A DNA stretch of 64,000 nucleotides from an uncultured virus (IMG/VR IMGVR_UViG_3300029258_001230) (lineage: Duplodnaviria > Heunggongvirae > Uroviricota > Caudoviricetes), in IMG/VR virus record IMGVR_UViG_3300029258_001230. One strand, given 5' to 3'. The position numbers and the translations under genes are program-made. This document shows, in pieces, positions 15,516 to 24,035 of this stretch. The notes below the pieces were generated by a model that worked only from the letters and a program-made list of their open reading frames with translations, searched no databases and was not told the origin of the DNA. The first letter of the stretch is position 1. Every line of letters begins with the position of its first letter.

Positions 15516-17969
15516 ATGAAAGAAAACTTGAATATATTGATAAATAAAGAACCTTTGTTGTCAAAAACAAAAAAGAAAAGAAAAATGGAAAAAGACAAAT
15601 TCAACCACGATAGACTTCATTTTTACATTAATAAAAACAATGAAATGAGGGTTAAAACTCATTTAAAAAAAGGTCAATTCAAAAAGTTTTTAAAGTCTTT
15701 GAAAGTGCCATATACAACAGAGTCTAATTCAAGTGGTGATATTGTATCTGTTTACACCAAGGACAAGCGACCAATAGCTAGATATTTCAAGAGAGACGGG
15801 TTGTTGATTTCTAGAGATGATAGGTTTGTTTTAAAGTTGTTTAGAATGATTAATAAGATTAACCCGAAAATGGAAGAGGGCGGTAAACTAAATCCATACG
15901 CTATTTGCACAAGTTCAATAGGAGATAAAGAAGGAACAAACAAAAGGTCTGAATGGGATAAAAATGCTAAAGAAAGATATGATAATTGTTTAGAAAGTGT
16001 TTCTAAAAAAGAAGAAGGTGGCGAATTAAAAAGCGATTTTGATAAATTTAAGTCTTTATACAGGGAAGCTTTAAAAGAATACAATCAAAATAAAAACAAG
16101 GCAACAAGGCTTAAATTAAGTAGTGCTATTCATGTGTTTTACAGGGATTTCGTAACGTTTAACCCTGAATACTTATCAGTTTTTATTGAGTGGAACAATA
16201 AGTTACCAAAAACAGAGAGGTTTTTCACATATTATTCAGATTCATTTGAGAACTTTAAAGAAAATCCTTACTCATTAATTTCAGACGATTTAAAGTCAAG
16301 TAAATCTGTTTCTAAAGTCAAGTATGAATTAAACCCTAAAAACAAAGGTTTAGTATCATTAATGAAGGACTTTGTAAGCAATGATGAACTTCGTATAAAC
16401 CTGATGCCTATCCATTTTGACGACAAAGGAGTCGTTGGGACTGATGCTCATAAATTATTGTTTATTAAAGGTAATTCAGATTTTAAAGGTAATTACTGTA
16501 TAACTAAAGATTGTTTTAATGTCGTAGGGGGTGAGAAAGCGGTGAAAGACAGTAAATATCCCAATTATCAAGCTATTATTCCGTCTGATGTTGCAGAGAC
16601 AACAAAATTCAAAACCCAAGACCTATATAACTTTGTATCAACTATTGTTAATAACTCTCTATGCGACGGTAACCACGGTATATCTATACGCACAGAGGAA
16701 GGTGTAATGGATTTTAATGGGAGGTTATTAAAAGAGTCCTTGTCGTCAATGATGAAGCTGGGCTACAAAGAACTATCTTGTAATAGGTCAAGTATCCATA
16801 CTGACTCAAAGCCAATAACCTTAACGCCAGTTGGAAATGAGTATCAAACTTCTGATTTTGAAACGGATTTTGTTTTGCTTATGCCTGTCATGTTTAATGA
16901 TAAACCTGTTTTCGGGTATGACTTGCATGAAAATTGTGTTTTTGCCAATACCTATAAAGGAGATGATGAATGTGTCAATCCTTATTTAGAAAGCAAAAAT
17001 ATAGTGAAAGTTGAAGACGTTGAAAAGAAATCCAAAGAAATCAGAAAAAGCATAGAGGTTCTAGCGTCTTATGTTTTTTCTGGAGTAAAAACAAGGGATG
17101 TGGTAATTGACAAATACTTTACTCCTAATTTCGAGGGTAATTACTATGAGGTTTCTAGTCCTTTAGAGACTGTTTACTTTAATGACTATGTCTTTCATAT
17201 AGTTAAATCTAAGGATTTTGCTGAATATATAATGATAGAGGATTACACAGGAGCTTCTGTTGGAAGAGGCGCAAGTTTGAGTGAAGTAAAAGAAAAAGGT
17301 TTAGAAAATTTAAACAGGCAATCTGAATCATTGAAGGAGGCTATTGATGGTTTTATCGAATCAGGAAGAATAAGCCCTAGATATAGTGATAAATCTAAAA
17401 CTATTAAAGACGCTCAAAAGATAAAGATAAAAGAGTTGTTAAATACAAGAGATTACGGAAGTTTATATGAAATAATAATGACAGCTTCTAATAAGGACTC
17501 AAGGAGAGCTTATTCGGATTTATCTGGAACTAACATTGTGAACATGAATCAATCCCAAATAAAGGATTATTTAAAGACTGCTTATGGGTACGATGTTGAT
17601 TATGAGGTTAAAAAAGAGCAGGATAAAAAGAAGTTGGAAAAAGAGAGACAAGAAAAGGAGTATTGGGATGGTATAAAGTCAAAATACCCACTAATTGATT
17701 TTTCAAATACACCTAACAAAACCGTGAAACGAATAGACGATTATCTTAATAAGAGAGTTAGAGGTGCTAATGGAGTCGTTGATAATTACAAATATTTAGA
17801 AGATTGGAATGGAACTTACAAACGAGTTTATATAGATGAGTGGACGAAATCAGGAGATAAAAGAGCTAAACCAATAGTAGAATATTATATTGGAAACGAT
17901 AAAGGGGCGATGACTCAAGTTCCTAAAATGATTTACGATAGAATAAACTTGCCAGAGAAACAAAACTAA
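15516..17969 (+). CDS. large polyvalent protein with a beta-sliding-clamp-like domain
   Basis: FVSNDELRINLMPIHFD...VVGTDAHKL...KYPNYQAIIP resembles DnaN segments (ATDGHRL, YPDYxxVIP). Confidence 0.65.
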   Translation: MKENLNILINKEPLLSKTKKKRKMEKDKFNHDRLHFYINKNNEMRVKTHLKKGQFKKFLKSLKVPYTTESNSSGDIVSVYTKDKRPIARYFKRDGLLISRDDRFVLKLFRMINKINPKMEEGGKLNPYAICTSSIGDKEGTNKRSEWDKNAKERYDNCLESVSKKEEGGELKSDFDKFKSLYREALKEYNQNKNKATRLKLSSAIHVFYRDFVTFNPEYLSVFIEWNNKLPKTERFFTYYSDSFENFKENPYSLISDDLKSSKSVSKVKYELNPKNKGLVSLMKDFVSNDELRINLMPIHFDDKGVVGTDAHKLLFIKGNSDFKGNYCITKDCFNVVGGEKAVKDSKYPNYQAIIPSDVAETTKFKTQDLYNFVSTIVNNSLCDGNHGISIRTEEGVMDFNGRLLKESLSSMMKLGYKELSCNRSSIHTDSKPITLTPVGNEYQTSDFETDFVLLMPVMFNDKPVFGYDLHENCVFANTYKGDDECVNPYLESKNIVKVEDVEKKSKEIRKSIEVLASYVFSGVKTRDVVIDKYFTPNFEGNYYEVSSPLETVYFNDYVFHIVKSKDFAEYIMIEDYTGASVGRGASLSEVKEKGLENLNRQSESLKEAIDGFIESGRISPRYSDKSKTIKDAQKIKIKELLNTRDYGSLYEIIMTASNKDSRRAYSDLSGTNIVNMNQSQIKDYLKTAYGYDVDYEVKKEQDKKKLEKERQEKEYWDGIKSKYPLIDFSNTPNKTVKRIDDYLNKRVRGANGVVDNYKYLEDWNGTYKRVYIDEWTKSGDKRAKPIVEYYIGNDKGAMTQVPKMIYDRINLPEKQN

Positions 17970-17973
17970 AAAA

Positions 17974-20307
17974 ATGAACAAACAAGACAGAGTAAAACAA
18001 GAGGTTGAAAAGCGATTAAGAGAAAGTCAAAAAAGCAAGTCTTTCAAGGATGTTGGAAGAGTAGCCAACACCCGAAAGGAAATAAGGGCTTATAACCTAA
18101 TCAATAGCAGTATGCTTTCTGAATTAGAAGAGGATTCAGTAATGGCATATAAGATGGTTAAGAAAGATAACGTTTGGGAAAAGATTGACATTGATAGTCT
18201 AAGAGCAAAAGAAATGACTTCTGGGGCTGTTTTCTACATAACCAAACTAAGAGAGTCGGTAAAGTCAAAGCCTTCTGACAGTAAAAAGAACAGAGCTGTT
18301 TACGTTAATTTTTTAGGGTACTTGCAAACTCAACTTTATAGCTGTAAGGATTTGAATGATGTTAAGAAGGTGATGGACTCATTCAGGTCTATTAAATTAG
18401 ATAAAGCTATTGAAGTTTTAATTGAGCCTAAGTTTAATGAATTATCGGAGTCAGAAAAAGATTTGCTTAGGCTTCCGTTTGGTGGAACGAGATATACGCC
18501 AAATGACAATGCTACTTATAAATTCATGTCCACTATTAAAGATGTTTTTGGTGTAAGGTTTTTAAACACCCTATATCTTAGAAGTGACTCTGCAATGAGT
18601 AATTTTATTCAGGCAGAGAAATATGATCCGTTGTCGGAAGAAGATTCAAGTGAAAGGATAGAAAAGATAACGGAATCTTATGAGAGTTACGCTAAAAGAA
18701 ATATCTACCCTAGAATTGAAGAACTGAAAGATGCTGATGACACTAAATTAAGGGAGCTTTTAAGGAATTGGAGGAATAATTATATCCAAAAATTGTATAC
18801 TACAAACTTAGAGGGGTTTAGAGAAATGGCTATTAATTGGTTAGAAAAAACATTAGAGTCCAGAAAAGAAAATTTAGAAGCTAAAATAAAAGAAAACCAG
18901 CCTAGGGGTAATAATTGGTCTTGGCACGATGGTAAATCTGAAAAATCAGAGGAAAAGAAAAAGACAAAAAGAAAAGCAACACCAATCAATACAAAAAAGC
19001 GATTGGAGTACATTAAAAGAACAGGCGGTTATAAAGCTGACGCAGTTACACCAAAGGAAATAGTAGATAAATTCGGTTTCCAATCAGTAAACTACGGAAC
19101 ATACGTGGATGATGAATGGAGTAAGCAACACACTAACCACTTTTTAGGAGCTATGACCGATATGGCAGAGATGCTAAATATTGATATTAAACAAGTCAAT
19201 AATATTGGTAAATTAGATATAGCATTTGGAGCAAAAGGCGTTAAAGGTCATTTAGCAACCTACTTTCCACAAACAAAAGATATTAACCTAACTAAAGGTA
19301 ATGGAGACGGGTCGTTAGCTCACGAGTGGGGTCACTACTTTGACAATATTGTAATGGATGAAAGTGCAAATAAGCCAATTCCTTCTTTTGGTTCGGAGAC
19401 ATTTTCTAATAAAACAGTTTCTGCTAGGAAATCTAGGGAAGAAATAGAGAAAGTCCACCTTTACAATGCTTATGCTGAGTTAATGGATTTTATGATTAAT
19501 GGAGGTAAAGAAACACCTGAGTTACCATGTACTTTTTATGCTGTTAAGAAAGGTTATGAACCAAAGATTAACACTAGAAAAGGGTGGGAGGATGTAAATA
19601 AACGAGGAACATTGGAAGAAACACTATCCTACTTCAAAGAAAATGCACCTGCTTTATTTAAGATACAAACTAATACCAATAGCTATAATAGTCAAGTTAA
19701 TATTATAGGTCATATTCTTAGTTTATACGATGTAGATAGTTATGAGATACCCTTGAAGCTTAAAATGAGTTACTTTAAGCACAAGTCATTATACCATGAA
19801 TTTGTTTATTGCTCAAAAGGAAAAGACAAGAGGGGTAAAGAAGTTATTTCTCCAAGCGTATGGAATAGAACAAAGTATTGGTATTCAGATGTAGAACTAT
19901 TTGCTAGAGCATGGGAAACAATGATTCTTAGAAGACTTAATGAAAAAGGAAGAGTAAGCAACTATTTGGTTTCAGACGTTAAGTATCAAGAGAACGCAAC
20001 GCCTCACGAAGGGTTTTATGAGCCATATCCAGACGGAAAGGAATTAGAGAAGCTAGACGAGTTATTTGAAAGGGTGATTAACGCATTTAAAAGCCTGTAT
20101 TCAATTAATGACTTCAAGCCGTTTACAAATGTTCGGGAAGATGAATACTTTGAGTTTGAGTCTAAAAATAAAAAGAGAAAAGGCGAAGTAGATGAAGGTA
20201 TGATTGTAGAAAAGAAAGAAAGTAGAAAAGAAATAGAATTTGTAGATCCCGACAAAGACACGGAAATTGTTAGGAATCTTAAAGTTCTCAAAACATATAT
20301 TGATTAA
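17974..20307 (+). CDS. polyvalent protein with zincin metallopeptidase and LPD1-like region
   Basis: IAFGAKG...INLTKGNGDGSLAHEWGHYFD and YWYSDVELFARAWE...YLV...PYPDGKE. Confidence 0.8.
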   Translation: MNKQDRVKQEVEKRLRESQKSKSFKDVGRVANTRKEIRAYNLINSSMLSELEEDSVMAYKMVKKDNVWEKIDIDSLRAKEMTSGAVFYITKLRESVKSKPSDSKKNRAVYVNFLGYLQTQLYSCKDLNDVKKVMDSFRSIKLDKAIEVLIEPKFNELSESEKDLLRLPFGGTRYTPNDNATYKFMSTIKDVFGVRFLNTLYLRSDSAMSNFIQAEKYDPLSEEDSSERIEKITESYESYAKRNIYPRIEELKDADDTKLRELLRNWRNNYIQKLYTTNLEGFREMAINWLEKTLESRKENLEAKIKENQPRGNNWSWHDGKSEKSEEKKKTKRKATPINTKKRLEYIKRTGGYKADAVTPKEIVDKFGFQSVNYGTYVDDEWSKQHTNHFLGAMTDMAEMLNIDIKQVNNIGKLDIAFGAKGVKGHLATYFPQTKDINLTKGNGDGSLAHEWGHYFDNIVMDESANKPIPSFGSETFSNKTVSARKSREEIEKVHLYNAYAELMDFMINGGKETPELPCTFYAVKKGYEPKINTRKGWEDVNKRGTLEETLSYFKENAPALFKIQTNTNSYNSQVNIIGHILSLYDVDSYEIPLKLKMSYFKHKSLYHEFVYCSKGKDKRGKEVISPSVWNRTKYWYSDVELFARAWETMILRRLNEKGRVSNYLVSDVKYQENATPHEGFYEPYPDGKELEKLDELFERVINAFKSLYSINDFKPFTNVREDEYFEFESKNKKRKGEVDEGMIVEKKESRKEIEFVDPDKDTEIVRNLKVLKTYID

Positions 20308-20351
20308 AAAAAAACTAAAAAAAGGGTTAACTTTGTAAAAACAAAATACTT

Positions 20352-22505
20352 ATGAAGGTAGATATAGGTGATATAGTGAAAGTTGGGATAGGTTCAGATT
20401 TTCACTATGGTTATATAGAAAGTACAGATAGTGGTTTTCCGAATTACTTGCCTAACTATGTTAAAGTTAGTGGTATAGGAGATGCTATTGAAATTGATAA
20501 AGTAGAGAAAGTAAAGGCAGGAGAGGTGATTGAGTTAGATTACACGGAAATAACACCTTTGTCTACTCAATTATCAAGAATAACAGGGGATTCATGGACG
20601 GCTAAAAACTTTTCATCTTTAGGGGGTGATGAGCCTGATTCGGATGAATTGTTTATTCACACTAAAAGCAGGGTTAGATTTAAAACGCCTAGTAAACTGT
20701 GGAATAAAATAGATGGGTATAACTTGTACGTTGAAGATGAATTAATAAAGACGGCTAAAACGAATAAACCAATCGCTTCTGTTAAGGATGGAGAGTTAGA
20801 TTTTTCAATATTGGCGGACGGGATATATATTGATAAAGGAGAGGTTAAGAAAAAATACTTGTCAGGGGAAATACCATTTAACACTTCTGATAAGATTAGA
20901 TCAATAATCGGGGTTTCGCCAAAAGAAGACAGAGCAGAGGTTGAAGCTTTAGCGAGTGATGTTATTAAAGCTACCGTTGAAGAAGATGGTTCTTTGATTA
21001 CTTTTGATTCTATTAGCGATATTGTTGACAATGGTAGAGAATGGTTAGTTGATTTTGATGTTACCGTTAAAAGTGATGAAACAGTAAGTAAGGAAGTTAT
21101 AAGCCTTACTATAAATGATATGCACGAAGTATTGTCTGGAGGTGATTTTGATAGTCCAGAATATTTTGAATTAGGTGGTGAGTTGGATGATTCTAAGTAT
21201 GAGTCGTACAGGGATGATGTGATAAGACACTCTGAATACTTTGAGGCAGGAAATGGGTATAATTCTAGTTTTGATGGAGCTACAAATAAAGACGGGCATA
21301 AAACTAATGGTGAATATATTATAGAAGACAATAATATATTTTGGGTTTATACTGATGGAAAAGGTGAAGAATACAGCTCTAATGAGCAACCAAATTTTAG
21401 AGTAGATTTTGGTTCTTTAGTAGTAAAAGAAAATTATAAAGAAGGCGGTTCTATAAACTCTAAATTCATAGACTATGTATTAAAGTTCTACGGAAAACAA
21501 GGAGATAGTCAAGACAAAAAGAAACTTTTTGGTTCTGGAATAGAAGCTTATGAAGTTGAAGAAGCTGAAAAAGAGTTAAGATCCAAAAATAATTGGGGCG
21601 ATGGAGATTCGCTAGATAGAAAAAGAGCTAGAGATTTAATTTTAGAAAACCGAATTAAAAGACTAGAGGAATTGATTAAGGCTGATGACAAGGATATTAA
21701 AGAGCATTCTAGTATAGTTGGAGGTAAAACACCGAAAGAGATTAAGGAGTTAGCGAAAAAGACTGTTGAAAGCCTTGAATCGGAAAGATTGAATCAAGCG
21801 ATTATGGGACAAGGGGTAGATGCAGTTGCGCAAGAAAAAAAAGGCAAGGATGTGTATGATAACACGTTTTACCATTGGCACAATATATCTTTTGAAGGAG
21901 ATGAAGATGTATATGCTTATCCGACCCCAAAAGGAACAATAGTTTATGGGGAAGATGTTTCAGGAGAAAGGGAAAAACCATTTGGTACAAATTTTTCAAA
22001 AAGTCCTTTCTATTTAGAAACACAGCCTGATGAAGAGTATGACTTTGATTCTTTAGAAGAGTCTAAAAATAAAGCCTTAGAAATTATTGAAGAAAAAGGC
22101 TTAAATGAAAAAGGTTCTAAAAAGGATTTAAAGAAAGCTGATAAATCAAAGTACGACTTATTTATAAACGGGAAAACTTGGCATTACGGGGTTAACATCA
22201 AGGACGGTAAAGTAGATTACGATACTTTTAAAGGAAAAGATTTAGAATTTAAGTCAAGTAAAAAAGGAATTGAAGTATCTAAGTTACCTAAGTCAATAAG
22301 ATCAAAAGTTGAAGATTATTTATCTAAAGACGGAAATTCGGGTGATGATAATAAGGAGGTTTTAGAGGAAATTGAAATTCAACTAGAGGTGTTAACTGAT
22401 TTAAAGAACGATTTAAACCCTAAGTCAAAAGACGATAAAGATGTGTTGGAAGAAATTGAAATCCAACTAGAGGTATTAACTGATTTGAAAAACGATTTAA
22501 AATAA
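20352..22505 (+). CDS. large acidic multidomain protein (putative internal virion protein)
   Basis: 717 aa; FELGGEL and YKEGGSI motifs; C-terminal duplicated helix. Confidence 0.7.
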   Translation: MKVDIGDIVKVGIGSDFHYGYIESTDSGFPNYLPNYVKVSGIGDAIEIDKVEKVKAGEVIELDYTEITPLSTQLSRITGDSWTAKNFSSLGGDEPDSDELFIHTKSRVRFKTPSKLWNKIDGYNLYVEDELIKTAKTNKPIASVKDGELDFSILADGIYIDKGEVKKKYLSGEIPFNTSDKIRSIIGVSPKEDRAEVEALASDVIKATVEEDGSLITFDSISDIVDNGREWLVDFDVTVKSDETVSKEVISLTINDMHEVLSGGDFDSPEYFELGGELDDSKYESYRDDVIRHSEYFEAGNGYNSSFDGATNKDGHKTNGEYIIEDNNIFWVYTDGKGEEYSSNEQPNFRVDFGSLVVKENYKEGGSINSKFIDYVLKFYGKQGDSQDKKKLFGSGIEAYEVEEAEKELRSKNNWGDGDSLDRKRARDLILENRIKRLEELIKADDKDIKEHSSIVGGKTPKEIKELAKKTVESLESERLNQAIMGQGVDAVAQEKKGKDVYDNTFYHWHNISFEGDEDVYAYPTPKGTIVYGEDVSGEREKPFGTNFSKSPFYLETQPDEEYDFDSLEESKNKALEIIEEKGLNEKGSKKDLKKADKSKYDLFINGKTWHYGVNIKDGKVDYDTFKGKDLEFKSSKKGIEVSKLPKSIRSKVEDYLSKDGNSGDDNKEVLEEIEIQLEVLTDLKNDLNPKSKDDKDVLEEIEIQLEVLTDLKNDLK
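22343..22502 (+). repeat. intragenic duplication encoding VLEEIEIQLEVLTDLKNDL twice
   Basis: Two copies visible in protein and DNA, with synonymous differences. Confidence 0.85.
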
Positions 22506-22510
22506 TAAGA

Positions 22511-24010
22511 ATGGATTTATCAAAATTAACTATTGACGAATTAAAAAAGGAGATTAATAAGATTGAATTTACTATTAAAAAACAGTCTGAACCTATTGTT
22601 TCTGTACTTAAAAAGAAGTTGAAAAAATACGAGGACGAGTTGAATGGTAGAGACGGAAAGAGTAAGCCTAAAAAGTCTCCGAAGAAAGCAGAGCCAAAAA
22701 AGACCGATAAAAAAGCGAAAGCAGAAAGTGTAACTATTTATTGGGCAGAGGGAGATCAATCTAAATTAGATAAGTTCCCTAAAACATATTACTCTTGGGA
22801 AGATGCTAGTAATGCTATCAAGCCATTAGTTGAAAAAGGCTTGGGATATAATAAAGTCAAATATACTATTACTTTTGACGATGGTTCTGAATATGGTGGC
22901 AGACTAGATGTTTCTGAAAAAGAAGATAATCCAATTAGAGATTCTAAGGTATTTGCGAACACACCTAAAAAATTATTAGAATACTTAGTTAAAGAGGACG
23001 GGGATAAATCTGCTAAAGAGTTTTTAGATACACATGATTTTGACTCTCCTATGGTAGGAAAAAAGAAAAAAGAAACTAAAGAACCGAAAGAAGGTCAGGT
23101 TTATAAAATCAATGACAAGTCCAAGTCTATCAAGGCTAGAGGCGAGATTATTATAACGGATATTAGTGGTGGAAACGTCACGTTAGAGCCATTTCCTTTA
23201 AAGCCTAAAAAGAAGATGTCAGACACTTCTATTTTAAGAGTAGGAGTGTTTAAGAATATGGTTGATTCTGGAGATTATATTCACGTTAAAGACATTGAAT
23301 TGAAAGAAGAGCCTAAAACAAAGAAATACAAACTAGGCGATATGTATAGTTCAGATTTCGATTACGAAGGAATGATGGCTTATGCTGACAAGGTAGATGA
23401 AAAAACAGCGTTATCTACTTTAGAGAAATTGTCTGAGAGTATGCACGATGTCAACTATCACACAGAAGCTAAACGAATAGATGACTTAATCAAGAAAAAG
23501 AAAGACTCAAAGAAAGAAACGCCAAAACCAAAGGCTAAAACATTTGAACTTAAAATAGACGACAAGGTTTATAAGTTTAATGACGAGGCATCTAAAATTG
23601 AGTGTGAAAAGGCTATTGAAGCGGTTAAGGCTAGAAAGAAAGAAAAAGAAGAACACGAAAAGGCAAGAGAAGAAGGGCGTGAGAAAGCGAAAAATACTCC
23701 TGCGACAACTCGTATTGCGGAATCATTTGAAAAGATAACTAAAAGTGTCCTTAGAGAAGTTCCAGAAACAGCAATAGATAAGAAACCTAAAGAGGTTAAA
23801 AAGGAATTAGGCGAATTGGAAAAAGCGATCAATAATATGTTTGATAAGCTTGAAAATCTATTAGATAAGAAATTCAGCAAAGAGTCAAGGGCTAAAATTC
23901 TTGAAATTCTTACTAAATTTGAAGGGAAGTTGAAAGAAAAAGAAGTTGAAAAGAAAGAATTAGGAGGAGAGTTAGAAAGAAAGTCTCCATTAAGTTTTTT
24001 AAATTGGTAA
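22511..24010 (+). CDS. polyvalent protein with LPD25-like domain and FLNW tag
   Basis: VTIYWAEG...GYNKVKYTITFDDGSEYGGRLDV; ends ELGGELERKSPLSFLNW. Confidence 0.65.
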   Translation: MDLSKLTIDELKKEINKIEFTIKKQSEPIVSVLKKKLKKYEDELNGRDGKSKPKKSPKKAEPKKTDKKAKAESVTIYWAEGDQSKLDKFPKTYYSWEDASNAIKPLVEKGLGYNKVKYTITFDDGSEYGGRLDVSEKEDNPIRDSKVFANTPKKLLEYLVKEDGDKSAKEFLDTHDFDSPMVGKKKKETKEPKEGQVYKINDKSKSIKARGEIIITDISGGNVTLEPFPLKPKKKMSDTSILRVGVFKNMVDSGDYIHVKDIELKEEPKTKKYKLGDMYSSDFDYEGMMAYADKVDEKTALSTLEKLSESMHDVNYHTEAKRIDDLIKKKKDSKKETPKPKAKTFELKIDDKVYKFNDEASKIECEKAIEAVKARKKEKEEHEKAREEGREKAKNTPATTRIAESFEKITKSVLREVPETAIDKKPKEVKKELGELEKAINNMFDKLENLLDKKFSKESRAKILEILTKFEGKLKEKEVEKKELGGELERKSPLSFLNW

Positions 24011-24035
24011 TTAGTTAAAGGTAATATTTAAAGGT

